A DNA stretch of 64,000 nucleotides from Nitrospirales bacterium. GTDB lineage: Bacteria; Nitrospirota; Nitrospiria; Nitrospirales; UBA8639. This document shows positions 32,243-41,675 of this stretch, in pieces. Position numbers and translations under genes: made by a program. The notes beneath the pieces are model-generated. The model worked only from the letters and a program-made list of their open reading frames with translations. It did no database searches and was not told the origin of the DNA. The DNA is taken from the NCBI GenBank assembly GCA_963555755.3, contig OY820905.2:1216001-1280000 (forward strand), written 5' to 3'. The first letter of the stretch is position 1. Each line of letters starts with the position of its first letter.

Positions 32243-33267
32243 TGAAACACCGTACGGACTTCCTCCGAATTTGGGACAATCCTCAGACAGAAGAAGTGGG
32301 AGACTCCGTCGAAGAATTTCTTCATCTTCTTGGCGGACCAACCTGGATCGACATTCCCGGCAAGGATCCATCACGGTCTCGCGCCATTGTCACATTGCTT
32401 CACGGCAATGAACCTTCAGGGATTCGGGCCATTCATCAATGGCTTCGCATAGGCCACACCCCATTCGTCAATGTCGTCTGTTTCATTGGAGCAGTTGAGG
32501 CTGCCCTCGCCCCTCCTGGTTTTGCCTTTCGGACATTGCCAGGCTGCCAAGACCTGAACCGGTGCTGGCAAGAACCCTATGATAGTGTCGAGGGGCATAT
32601 TGCCCAAGCAGTCCTCCAACGATTCCAGCGCTTCAACCTGGAAGCCCTCATTGACCTTCACAACACCTCAGGACACAGTCCCTGCTACGGCATTACCACC
32701 CAAATGGGCGACAAACAGAAAGCACTCACCGCGTTGTTTTCCAGTCAACTGGTCGTCACCGATTTACGATTAGGGTCAATCATGGAAGCCACCGAGTTTG
32801 TGACTCCCACTATTGCGGTAGAATGCGGTGGAAATCACGACCAACAATCTGATCGCATGGCCTTTGACGGATTGACTCGATTTACCCAAACAGACTCTCT
32901 CTTTCCTCCAGGGAAGGAATATCCAGACATCTCGGTCTTCGAGCATCCGATTCGCGTTGAACTTCGAGAAGGCGCCACCGTGGCCTATGCATCTTCACCA
33001 GTAGAGGAAGCAGATTGTACACTCAGATTTGATGCCGACAATTTTAATTTTGATCTACGGCATCCAGGAGAACAGATTGGATGGGCCGGGCCAAACCAAC
33101 TGGATGTCTTCTTGGCACGAGACGCAAAAGGCCACAATCGAACCAAGGAACTCTTTACCGTGCTCAACGGCCAACTGCATATCACCCAACCGGGAAGAAT
33201 CCTCATGATGACCACCGACCCCATTATGGCCACAAGCGATTGCCTCTTTTACGGGCCTGTAAGATAA
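32242..33267 (+). CDS. Succinylglutamate desuccinylase/aspartoacylase (M14) family protein; last codons supplied by the IS256 end
   Basis: LHGNEPSG, DLNR, IDLHNT and VECGG; translationally coupled to the GCS2 gene. Confidence 0.85.
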   Translation: MKHRTDFLRIWDNPQTEEVGDSVEEFLHLLGGPTWIDIPGKDPSRSRAIVTLLHGNEPSGIRAIHQWLRIGHTPFVNVVCFIGAVEAALAPPGFAFRTLPGCQDLNRCWQEPYDSVEGHIAQAVLQRFQRFNLEALIDLHNTSGHSPCYGITTQMGDKQKALTALFSSQLVVTDLRLGSIMEATEFVTPTIAVECGGNHDQQSDRMAFDGLTRFTQTDSLFPPGKEYPDISVFEHPIRVELREGATVAYASSPVEEADCTLRFDADNFNFDLRHPGEQIGWAGPNQLDVFLARDAKGHNRTKELFTVLNGQLHITQPGRILMMTTDPIMATSDCLFYGPVR

Positions 33268-34582
33268 ACTGTGTAACTGGTATCATGACGGATCCATTGA
33301 ATAAGGAGGACTGATGACCAGAGCCAAGACCCCAAGCAAAACCGATGTGCTGTTAGATGAGCTATTGGAAGGGTGTGCGTCACCCGAAGACATATTCGGC
33401 AAACATGGGCTGGTGAAGCGTCTCACGAAACGGCTCGTAGAACGCGCCCTGCGGGCAGAACTGACCGAGCATTTGGGCTATGCCCCTCATGCCCCTGAGG
33501 GCCGTGGATCCGGCAATGCCCGCAATGGGAGCACGTCGAAAACGGTGCAAACGGCCCACGGGGATCTCCCGCTCCAGGTGCCCCGTGATCGTCAAGGCCG
33601 CTTTGAGCCGCTGTTGGTGCCCAAACGCCAACGGCGCTTGGAAGGGTTTGATGAGAAGGTCCTGGCGTTGTATGCCCGAGGGCTGACGACTCGCGACATT
33701 CAAGGGCATCTGGAAGAACTCTATGACGTGGAGGTGTCGCCCACGCTCATTTCGGCCATCACTGATGCGGTGTTGGAGGATGTGCGCATCTGGCAGAGTC
33801 GGCCCTTAGATGCTGTGTATCCGATTCTGTACTTCGATTGTCTGTTTGTGAAGTCTCGGCAGGAGGGCGTCGTCAAGAATAAAGCCGTGTATGTGGCCTT
33901 AGGGGTGAATCTACAGGGCGAGAAAGAACTCCTGGGGCTCTGGATCAGTGAGACCGAAGGGGCCAAGTTCTGGCTGTCGATCTTCACCGAACTCCAGCAG
34001 CGCGGGGTCCGGGATTGTTTTGTGGCTTGCGTCGATGGGCTGGGGGGCTTGCCAGAAGCCTTGGAGACGGTGTTCCCACACACCCAGGTGCAACTGTGCA
34101 TTGTGCATAAGGTACGGCAATCCTTGCGGTATGTGGTGTGGAAAGAGCGACGAGCCGTGGCGCGGGATCTGCGAGCCCTCTATGGCGCCGCGACGTTGTC
34201 GGAGGCGGAAAGCGCGTTGGAGACATTTGCCGCCAGGTGGGATGCGAAATATCCGACGATCAGTGCGACGTGGCGACGGCATTGGAGTCGGCTCACGATC
34301 TTTTTTGATTATCCCCCAGAAATCAGGAAAGCCATCTATACCACCAATGCGATCGAATCGGTGAATTTTTCGTTACGCAAAGTCCTGAAAAGTCGGGGAG
34401 CCTTTCCGACAGATGAATCAATTCTGAAGGTGCTGTATTTAGGGATGCAGCGGATTGCGAAGAAATGGACGATGCCCATTCCGCACTGGAAGCGGGCTCT
34501 CAACCAATTCGCCATGCTCTTAGGAGATCGAGTGCCAACAATCTAGCCCACAATTCAGTTACACAGTTAACTTGACAAGCCC
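33253..34582 (+). mobile_element. IS256-family element
   Basis: 26-bp imperfect terminal inverted repeats (gggcctgtaagataaactgtgtaact / agttacacagttaacttgacaagccc); flanks not duplicated. Confidence 0.92.
33314..34546 (+). CDS. IS256 transposase, apparently intact
   Basis: VPRDRQGRFEP, YPILYFD, CVDGL, QLCIVH and YTTNAIES. Confidence 0.95.
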   Translation: MTRAKTPSKTDVLLDELLEGCASPEDIFGKHGLVKRLTKRLVERALRAELTEHLGYAPHAPEGRGSGNARNGSTSKTVQTAHGDLPLQVPRDRQGRFEPLLVPKRQRRLEGFDEKVLALYARGLTTRDIQGHLEELYDVEVSPTLISAITDAVLEDVRIWQSRPLDAVYPILYFDCLFVKSRQEGVVKNKAVYVALGVNLQGEKELLGLWISETEGAKFWLSIFTELQQRGVRDCFVACVDGLGGLPEALETVFPHTQVQLCIVHKVRQSLRYVVWKERRAVARDLRALYGAATLSEAESALETFAARWDAKYPTISATWRRHWSRLTIFFDYPPEIRKAIYTTNAIESVNFSLRKVLKSRGAFPTDESILKVLYLGMQRIAKKWTMPIPHWKRALNQFAMLLGDRVPTI

Positions 34583-35094
34583 CTCGTCCCTGCCTCCCAT
34601 GTTGATCACAGCCTACAGCCAGTAGGGCTCCTTTGCTCCACAGGCATTACCCTGCTTCCTCGCTCCTACGAGCCCCTCCGCCACCCTCTCGTCTTCGACT
34701 CACTTCCCAGAGAGCTGGTTATAGAGCCGATCTTCCTCCAGGGATTTCTCCCTGGGACGAGGAGGGCTTCTCCCGTTGCGTCGTCTGTCCTTGCTCCCGT
34801 GCTGTCGCTCTCACCCCGCCGGAGTGGTCAGGCGTCTCAGCCCTATTTCGCCTGCCCATGCCGTCTTCGTCCTACGGTCAGGGACTCGACCTCCGAGGTT
34901 CCGTACTTTCGAGGCTACCTCTGCGTTCACTTGCGTTACGGCCCGGGAACTCGCTCACCATCCTCTACGATGGCTTTGTCGATGGGCTTCAGCGTCTCGG
35001 TTTCTCTCCACGCTGCCATCCAAGCTACAGGGCTCAGGCTCTTACCCTGGTGGGCTTGCTTCCCACTGAACAGACTCACCTTACCTGGACACAC
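34583..35094 (-). ncRNA. Group II intron 2: 5' part (DI-DIII, start of DIV), truncated by IS256
   Basis: GTGTG 5' end at 35094; ggccgtaacgcaagtgaac motif shared with intron 1; EBS1-like stem-loop gtcc-ctgaccgta-ggac; DIII-like ggcggaggggctcgtagg...ggagcaaagg. Confidence 0.8.
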
Positions 35095-35114
35095 AACCGT
35101 GCATGCGGTTTTCC

Positions 35115-36975
35115 CAAGCCGTTCACTTAATCTGTTGACACAAACCAGCAAACAGACATAAACAGCGCTTGTTTGCTGGCTTTCTTGTTTTGGATCATGC
35201 AGAAAAAATCTTCCGCAACTTCTACGCTGAAGCACCCTCGGATACCGCTCGAGTACGGTGGCTTCCAGATCAACCACTGCAAGTCTCCGGTCTGCTCGAA
35301 CTACGGCGTTCCGCCAGAACACACATCGGTGCGTGGAAAAAATAGCTACACTCTGGATTCACGCAACCAAGGCATTTCATCCTGTATCTGCACGTCCTGC
35401 GGCGAAGGATTCCCTCTCAAGAGCAACCTCGGCATCGCAGAAGAAGTCGAGCGCATGTCGGCCTACCTGTCGCCTCGTGAGGTGGCGTTCTGCCGTAACG
35501 ATGCCTGTACCAATCATACCGGTCAGGTGCCCGTAGGTACCGCTGGGGCATATGCCTCGTTCGGCAAGACCGCGATTGACAGCCCCCGCTGGCGCTGTAG
35601 CGTCTGCGGTACGACGTTCTCACAGAACACCAAGGCCACCGCCCGGCAGCGGGAACATCACAAGAACAAGACCATTTTCAAACTGCTGGTCAACAAGATG
35701 CCCGTGCGCCGAATCATCGAAGTCGCCGACATCCACCCCAAGACCTTCTACCACCGCCTCGACTTCCTCCATCGCCAGTGCCAATCATTTGCCGCCCACC
35801 GCGAGCACGCCCTATCCACCCTCCCCATTCGGCGACTGTACCTCGGCGTGGACCGGCAGGACGACCTTGTGAACTGGATGGTTCGCAAGGACAAGCGCAA
35901 CATTCAGCTATCGGCCATTGCATCAGTGGACAACGAACACGGTTACGGCTTCGGTGTCCACCTTCACTTCGACTCTTCTCTGGACAGCGAAGCTGTCCAA
36001 GCCGAAGTCGAGAAGAGCGGCGACCTTGGCATGCCCTATCCGCATCGTCGCGTTGCACGTCTGTGGCTCACTGCAGACCATGAGCGAGCCAGTGCCAAAT
36101 CCCTACGCACTTCGCGGCGCAAACCCGGACTGCCAACGCAGATCGATGAAGCCTATGCCGCAGCATTGATGCGTGACGATATCGAAAGCCCTGATGCGCC
36201 GTCGCCCGTAGAACGACTTCCTGAATACGGGATGCCAACCCATGGCGAGTACACCATGTCTGGGCATTTTTTCTTCCTCAAACGCCTGCTGGGCAATGTC
36301 CAAAAGTGGCGCTTCTTTATCGACCAAGACCCTGGACTGCGAGCCGCGTGCCTATCGGCGTTCCACGACGAGATCCGAGGCCGCACGGCGGATGCCTTCT
36401 CTGTTCGCATCACCAAAGATCTGACGGTGGACGAAAAGCGTCAAAAATACAACGAAGCGACGATGCTGTTCGTGCACGCAGAGCTCGCGCACCCAAAGAT
36501 GAAGCCGCAGGAGGTCAAGTTGCTGCTGATCAAAGAGCGTCTGGCCTGTATGACGCCGCACGGGAAGTGGCAGGATCGGTGGCTTGACCATCCTTTCCCG
36601 ACCATGAGCGAGCCAGAGAAGACAGTGGCCTACCTCACCAATCTGGGCGACTACGACGAAGAACACAAAGCTTGGCTCTACAACAAAGCGAGCGTGCATG
36701 GTGTCGATTCGTTCTTCAACCAAGTGCGTCGACGGCTCTCCCTGCTGGAGCGTCCGATCCATTCCAAATCCAACAATGGTCGGATATGGAACGGATATTC
36801 TCCATATAACCCGGGTAATGTTGCAAAAGTACTCGACATCATGCGCACGGTGCATAACTACATCCTGCCCGGCAAGGATGGCAAGACGCCAGCTGTGCGA
36901 CTTGGATTGGCCCAAGCGCCGCTGGACTACGAAGACATTATTTATTTTGCATCAACAGATTAAGTGAACGGCTTG
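35115..36975 (+). mobile_element. IS element (IS1/IS1595-related, family uncertain) inserted in intron domain V
   Basis: 24-bp perfect terminal inverted repeat caagccgttcacttaatctgttga; 9-bp TSD cggttttcc (an 11-bp reading is also possible). Confidence 0.9.
35197..36963 (+). CDS. Transposase with two Zn-ribbon modules
   Basis: CKSPVC, CTSC, CRNDAC and CSVC; HTH region; C-terminal KTPAVRLGL; fills the element. Confidence 0.8.
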   Translation: MQKKSSATSTLKHPRIPLEYGGFQINHCKSPVCSNYGVPPEHTSVRGKNSYTLDSRNQGISSCICTSCGEGFPLKSNLGIAEEVERMSAYLSPREVAFCRNDACTNHTGQVPVGTAGAYASFGKTAIDSPRWRCSVCGTTFSQNTKATARQREHHKNKTIFKLLVNKMPVRRIIEVADIHPKTFYHRLDFLHRQCQSFAAHREHALSTLPIRRLYLGVDRQDDLVNWMVRKDKRNIQLSAIASVDNEHGYGFGVHLHFDSSLDSEAVQAEVEKSGDLGMPYPHRRVARLWLTADHERASAKSLRTSRRKPGLPTQIDEAYAAALMRDDIESPDAPSPVERLPEYGMPTHGEYTMSGHFFFLKRLLGNVQKWRFFIDQDPGLRAACLSAFHDEIRGRTADAFSVRITKDLTVDEKRQKYNEATMLFVHAELAHPKMKPQEVKLLLIKERLACMTPHGKWQDRWLDHPFPTMSEPEKTVAYLTNLGDYDEEHKAWLYNKASVHGVDSFFNQVRRRLSLLERPIHSKSNNGRIWNGYSPYNPGNVAKVLDIMRTVHNYILPGKDGKTPAVRLGLAQAPLDYEDIIYFASTD

Positions 36976-37007
36976 CGGTTTTCCCGCACACGGCTTTCCG
37001 ATGTTCT

Positions 37008-38342
37008 TCATGTCAAGGCATGCGCCGAGCGCCAGCCCGCTACCGTAGGAACCTTATAGAGCCCGTAACGCTCATACAGATCGGCCTGCGGGAAACGACG
37101 TAAGCCGGTTCCCCTGTCCTTGATCTTGTGGCGTTTCATCAAGTGGGTTCGCAACCGGTCTTCCGCGTGAGTTTTGACCTTGCTCATCGTCACACTTGAG
37201 TTCCGATAGTGGAAGTAGTTCACCCAGCCGCGGAGGCTGCGGTTGACCGTTCCCACGAGGTCGCTCAAGGCAATGGCGGTCAGGTCCCGTTGTGTGAGTT
37301 CCGTCAGTCTCGCCTTGATCTTCTTCAACGAGGTGTCTGCCGGTCGAACATTCGGGTACGGCTTTCCAGTCGCCCCTCGACTCATCTGCAGCGTAAAACC
37401 CAGGAAGGTGAAACTCGCTTCGGTCGCGTCCACGATGTGGGTCTTGGCCTCGTTGAGACTCAGGCCCAGTTGGTCCAGTACGTGGCGCACGACCTTTAGC
37501 GGTTCCTCTACATCTTTTCGACACATCACGACAAAGTCATCTGCGTAGCGCACCAAGTGCGCGTGCAATGTATCTTTGCCGTGTCGCCGTTGCCAGGTTC
37601 GATCCAGAATGTGCCGGTAGCAGTTAGCCCGCAGCGGGGAAATCACTCCGCCTTGCGGAGTCCCCGTGCGGTTGGCTTTCCCGCCGCCTACACTTTTCCG
37701 GGTGCCGTCCGCGTCGTTGCCAATAACCGGGGCTTTGAGCCATTGCTTGATGAGGCGCAGGATGCCCCCATCCACAATGCGCTCGGCAACCACGGCCAGG
37801 AGTTTGGCATGCGGGATACTGTCAAAGTACTTCGACAGGTCGGCGTCGATGACTGGGGTGTAGCCGGCCCAGAGCGTCTTGGCAATGTCGTCCACCGCAT
37901 CATGGGCCGATCGCTTGGGCCGGAATCCGTACGAATTCGCACAGAAGTCGGCTTCAAAGATCGGCTCGATGATGAGCTTGACGGCCATTTGCGCCACTCG
38001 GTCTCGGATCGTCGGGATCCCCAGCGGACGCAGCCTACCGTCCGCTTTGAGTCTCATGACGCGCCGCACCGGTTGGGCTCGGTAGGTCTTGGCTTGCAGA
38101 TCACGGGCCAATTCCCTCAGAAACGTGTCTACCCCGATTCCACTCTCTATGGCCTTGAAGCTGATCCCATCACTCCCGGGGCTGCCTCGATTGGCTCGGA
38201 CAAGCCGCCAGGCATGATTGAGGATATCCTCCTGGCTGATCTTGTCGTAGAGGGCGTACAAGCGATAGGCCGGTTCTTGCTTGGCCTTGGCATACAGCTT
38301 CCTCGGCAGCGTCCTGATCGTCTCCGGGGTGGTTAGCGCCAT
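37008..38342 (-). CDS. ltrA: Group II intron reverse transcriptase/maturase without an endonuclease domain, decaying
   Basis: RPLGIPTIRDR, SYGFRP, DADLSKYFD, GTPQGGVISP, RYADD, FLGF and LRGWVNYF. Confidence 0.93.
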   Translation of the reverse strand: MALTTPETIRTLPRKLYAKAKQEPAYRLYALYDKISQEDILNHAWRLVRANRGSPGSDGISFKAIESGIGVDTFLRELARDLQAKTYRAQPVRRVMRLKADGRLRPLGIPTIRDRVAQMAVKLIIEPIFEADFCANSYGFRPKRSAHDAVDDIAKTLWAGYTPVIDADLSKYFDSIPHAKLLAVVAERIVDGGILRLIKQWLKAPVIGNDADGTRKSVGGGKANRTGTPQGGVISPLRANCYRHILDRTWQRRHGKDTLHAHLVRYADDFVVMCRKDVEEPLKVVRHVLDQLGLSLNEAKTHIVDATEASFTFLGFTLQMSRGATGKPYPNVRPADTSLKKIKARLTELTQRDLTAIALSDLVGTVNRSLRGWVNYFHYRNSSVTMSKVKTHAEDRLRTHLMKRHKIKDRGTGLRRFPQADLYERYGLYKVPTVAGWRSAHALT

Positions 38343-38941
38343 GGCAATCCCCTGATCCTCCGCTCTTCGGTTGCATGAACACAGCAGGGTTCCTTCCCTC
38401 GACCGGGGTTGTGTGGTCCCTCGGCCTCACGCGGTACGATGAACCCCTCCGACTCCCGTTCCGGGCCGCTGTGATTTCGTGGCCTTCTACACAGTGGTCG
38501 GTGGCCTCCCCACCCCCACAACGGGTCTCCAGCACTGGGCGATACGTCTTCCAGAACATGCCGTCCTTGCTACCCCGGGAGTCGAGGGATGCCACTTCCG
38601 TTATTCCAGCACCCTTCCACCGGCCTTCCCCTTCTGACCACAGGGTCGGCGTCTCCACTTTCATGTACGAGGCTACTCATCGGTTCACTTGCGTGACGGC
38701 CTGCTCTTTTGCTGTGGGGAAACTGACGACCCCGTGTGACCACGACGCCGCTTCCTCATACTACCAAGGTGTACGGACAATTCCTTGGACGGGACTTTAA
38801 CCCGCTAGACATACTGCTGTTACTGCGAACGGTCAGACTCGAATTACATCTCCACGTTTTATCATAAGGCGAAGCCAACCAAAGGGGAAAAGGGGGCGCA
38901 ACTGATACCTGTTCATTCTGCAAACTACCAAACGAAAGAAG

Positions 38942-38996
38942 AATATTGGTGCCCCCGAGACGATTTGAACGTCCGGCCTACGGTTTAGGAAACCGT
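38942..38996 (-). repeat. att site: 55-bp duplicate of the tRNA-Arg 3' half
   Basis: Identical to 43927-43981. Confidence 0.92.
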
Positions 38997-39358
38997 AACC
39001 AGCTCAATCTCCCCTTCGACGAAACACCGCCCCAGAAGCGGAAACCAGTTGATTGATCAATGAGTTAGGTCTGCCAACGAAGTTGCACTGAGTTGCGTAG
39101 GGTGTGAGGGGTGTGAGACCTGGCGGTTACAAAAAAGGTTACACTTTAATACGGTGGCCCTTCACCTAGGCCCGCCATCGCGGTCTTGTTTATGAACACG
39201 GTCACTCGATGAAATTCAGCTGTACTGGCAGCCTTCCATAACCCTCGAAATTCGCTCCCGCAAAAAGTCGATCCCCACAATTGTTCCGTTGGGGTGCCAA
39301 TGTCCGGACCCCTCATAGCACACTTGCTATTTTTCCAAATTGGCAATAGTAGGTAAGA

Positions 39359-39517
39359 TTACGTATAATCGTCCTGCCACGTTGCGCGAAACAGGCTGGA
39401 CGGTTCGCACGAAATTGTTTGTGGTGGAGCACGGGTGGGCACACTCAGGTGGGCGAGAATCTTGACGATCACGGCGGGATCTTCAATGGCCGCGATGAGG
39501 GTCAAGGGGCCTACACA
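39359..39517 (-). pseudogene. C-terminal remnant of an IS91/ISCR-family transposase
   Basis: Reads CVGPLTLIAAIEDPAVIVKILAHLSVPTRAPP, the typical IS91-family C-terminus. Confidence 0.7.
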
Positions 39518-39925
39518 GGGGAGAAACTAAATAAGTCAATACTCATGCCTGACCCTACTTCCAAGGGCCAGGTCTCTTAGGCCACTAGCCGTAGCCAAAA
39601 CTTGGACCATTCTTTATGAGAAAATCCGCTACACTAGGCCCCCATTTAGAAGGGAGGATGTGCCATCTTTTGACAGTCCCACGGAAAGCTGCTTCGGGTT
39701 ATTAAATTTTCAGCAAGGAAAACCGATAAGAAAACCGGAAACTAGTTGAGTCAGAGTATAGGTGGAGGGTCATTATAAAACGATGGGTTCAGCAATGATG
39801 TAAAGGATCTCTATCAAGGTAGTAATTCGAAAATCACTGGTCTTCCGTTGATTTTGCTGGGAGAGCCAGGTTGCTCTCAGTTGTAAGGGAAATCCTAAGC
39901 GAATGAATAGTATAGGTGTCTTTTG

Positions 39926-41194
39926 ATGCAAAAGATAGAACGAGCAGTGTTGATTTTTATTGGGGGCATGCTGATTGCCCTTACTCTCATGTGGGATGTA
40001 ATGGAAGGCAACCCATTTAATATAACGCCAATACAAATGGCACCTGCTATTCTAGGTGTCTTTATCGCTGTTTTGGGCATTCGGCCAAATAGAGTCATTC
40101 TAACAAATATTTATGTTTTATCTGCTTTGATAGTTATTGGACTTTTTGCATTGGAACTAGTACTACCCAAAAGCTATTCAATGCAGAATCTAACTTTAGA
40201 AAAAGAATTTGACCATCAATTAGACAAATTTAATAAAACAACAATTTTCCCAAAAAATATAAAAGAACTAGATGAAATAGGCATTAAGAATGAATTGGGG
40301 CTTGTATACAAAAAAACCTGGAACTCTAACATTATAGAAAAATCTGGCTACAGAATTTTAATCCTTGGAGATTCTTTCATTATGGGTGATGGTATGCCAT
40401 GGGGGACAACATGGGATGGAATGGTGATTAACTACCTGAACCAGATGACACCTGAAGTTGAATTATTTTCATTTGGTAGAAATGGGCTGGCTACATTAGA
40501 AGAGTTCGATTTCTTAATGGAGAATATTGAAATTTTGCAACCAGATTTAGTGGTTTTTTCTTTTGTGTCAAATGATCCTCATTTTAAACAAAATGAAGAA
40601 ACGAAGATGAAAAAAAGAATTCTATTTATTAATTATTACGCGAAGGCGACAGGCTATGTCTATCAATTTAAGAGCTTAAATTTTCTTTACAATTCGATAA
40701 ACAACTTGTTCGTCTCATTTTATCCATACTATGGATATGTTGGGTGGGTAAAAAGGCTATATGAGCCCAGAAATTTTTCCAAATATGAAGAACTGCTCCA
40801 AAAGATCAAAAGTGCTTCTTTAGATAGAAAATTTAAATTGTTATTTTATTTGTTTCCAAGCAGAAGTTATCAATCAAATCCTCTTAAAAGTTATTTAACA
40901 AAAGTCGAAAACGCTTTAAAGAAAAGTACAATTGCCTACCTGAATCCAAATGAAAATTTTGAATCAATGACCCACACATTCTCCAAGGACCACCTATCAG
41001 CAAACCCAGGAGATGGGCATCCTGGGGTGGTAACAAATTTTTTAGCAACTCAGTATTTCATTTCTCATTTATGTGATGAGGGGTTAATGTCTGAAGGGTG
41101 TGAAGAAATCAAGCCCAAAGTAATTGAAAGTCTCCACGTAGGACTTCATGCAAGCGAGGCAAATGAGGAAGATACAAGCCTAAGTTATCGATAA
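39926..41194 (+). CDS. Membrane-anchored SGNH hydrolase-like protein, AT-rich
   Basis: N-terminal TM helices; LILGDSF, FGRNG, SND and DGHP. Confidence 0.82.
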   Translation: MQKIERAVLIFIGGMLIALTLMWDVMEGNPFNITPIQMAPAILGVFIAVLGIRPNRVILTNIYVLSALIVIGLFALELVLPKSYSMQNLTLEKEFDHQLDKFNKTTIFPKNIKELDEIGIKNELGLVYKKTWNSNIIEKSGYRILILGDSFIMGDGMPWGTTWDGMVINYLNQMTPEVELFSFGRNGLATLEEFDFLMENIEILQPDLVVFSFVSNDPHFKQNEETKMKKRILFINYYAKATGYVYQFKSLNFLYNSINNLFVSFYPYYGYVGWVKRLYEPRNFSKYEELLQKIKSASLDRKFKLLFYLFPSRSYQSNPLKSYLTKVENALKKSTIAYLNPNENFESMTHTFSKDHLSANPGDGHPGVVTNFLATQYFISHLCDEGLMSEGCEEIKPKVIESLHVGLHASEANEEDTSLSYR

Positions 41195-41211
41195 TATAGT
41201 CACACAAGAGC

Positions 41212-41243
41212 GAGCCTCATCGTTGCGACGGTGGGGCTCTTTG
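41212..41243 (+). terminator. Probable intrinsic terminator
   Basis: gagcctcatcgt-tgcg-acggtggggctc followed by ttt, just after the SGNH stop. Confidence 0.55.
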
Positions 41244-41529
41244 TTGTCCTTAACTAATCAATCTCCGCACTCACGATAGATCCTTCGTTTAATATACTTT
41301 ACCTACCCAATTCACCTAAGTTTACTTCTTTACACCTTTCAATATAAACTCAACGATAACTGTCGAGCTGCGATGAGATGGTGGCAACTTGAACGAGGAG
41401 ACCCACCACCATCACCGAGACGACATCCTCAGCACACCGAGGGAGTGGTCTTAGGCAGTCACGCGAAAGGAAGATCCATATGGACATCTTCATCATTAAA
41501 GGCGCAGGGCCTTTCAGAGAGGTAGTACA

Positions 41530-41675
41530 ATGAGTCACACTAGACCTGAGTATTCCCGAATCATAGCGACCCGTGCTTTGATTTCTGTAGCCGCCATAGC
41601 AGGAATGCTCATTCTGGGGATGGGGTTCAGTGAACACGCTCATTCCGGAAGTCTTGAACCAGCTGCGCCTCCCGC
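41530..41675 (+). pseudogene. 5' stub of a secreted protein truncated by IS256
   Basis: GAGG RBS; MSHTRPEYSRIIATRALISVAAIAGMLILGMGFSEHAHSGSLEPAAPP (signal peptide), then the IS end. Confidence 0.6.

Larger units (their letters stand above)
35095..38830 (-). ncRNA. Group II intron 1 (5' GTTCG at 38830; DV split by an IS; DVI absent)
   Basis: Reconstituted DV aagccgtgtgcgggaaaaccgcatgcacggtt; EBS1 ggtcaga at 38633-38639 complements 5' exon tctgacc. Confidence 0.88.

Noticed and set aside
34633..35161. ORFs at 34633-35161 and 38170-38800
   Set aside because: They overlap GC-rich group II intron RNA domains and have no protein motifs.
37008..38342. RT as a retron, DGR or CRISPR-associated RT
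   Set aside because: It has group II intron features (PQGG, YADD, maturase X domain) and flanking intron RNA domains; no TR/VR pair, msr-msd or cas genes are seen.
38942..38996. Second tRNA-Arg gene
   Set aside because: Only the 3' half is present, with no D arm or 5' acceptor strand; it is an att duplicate.
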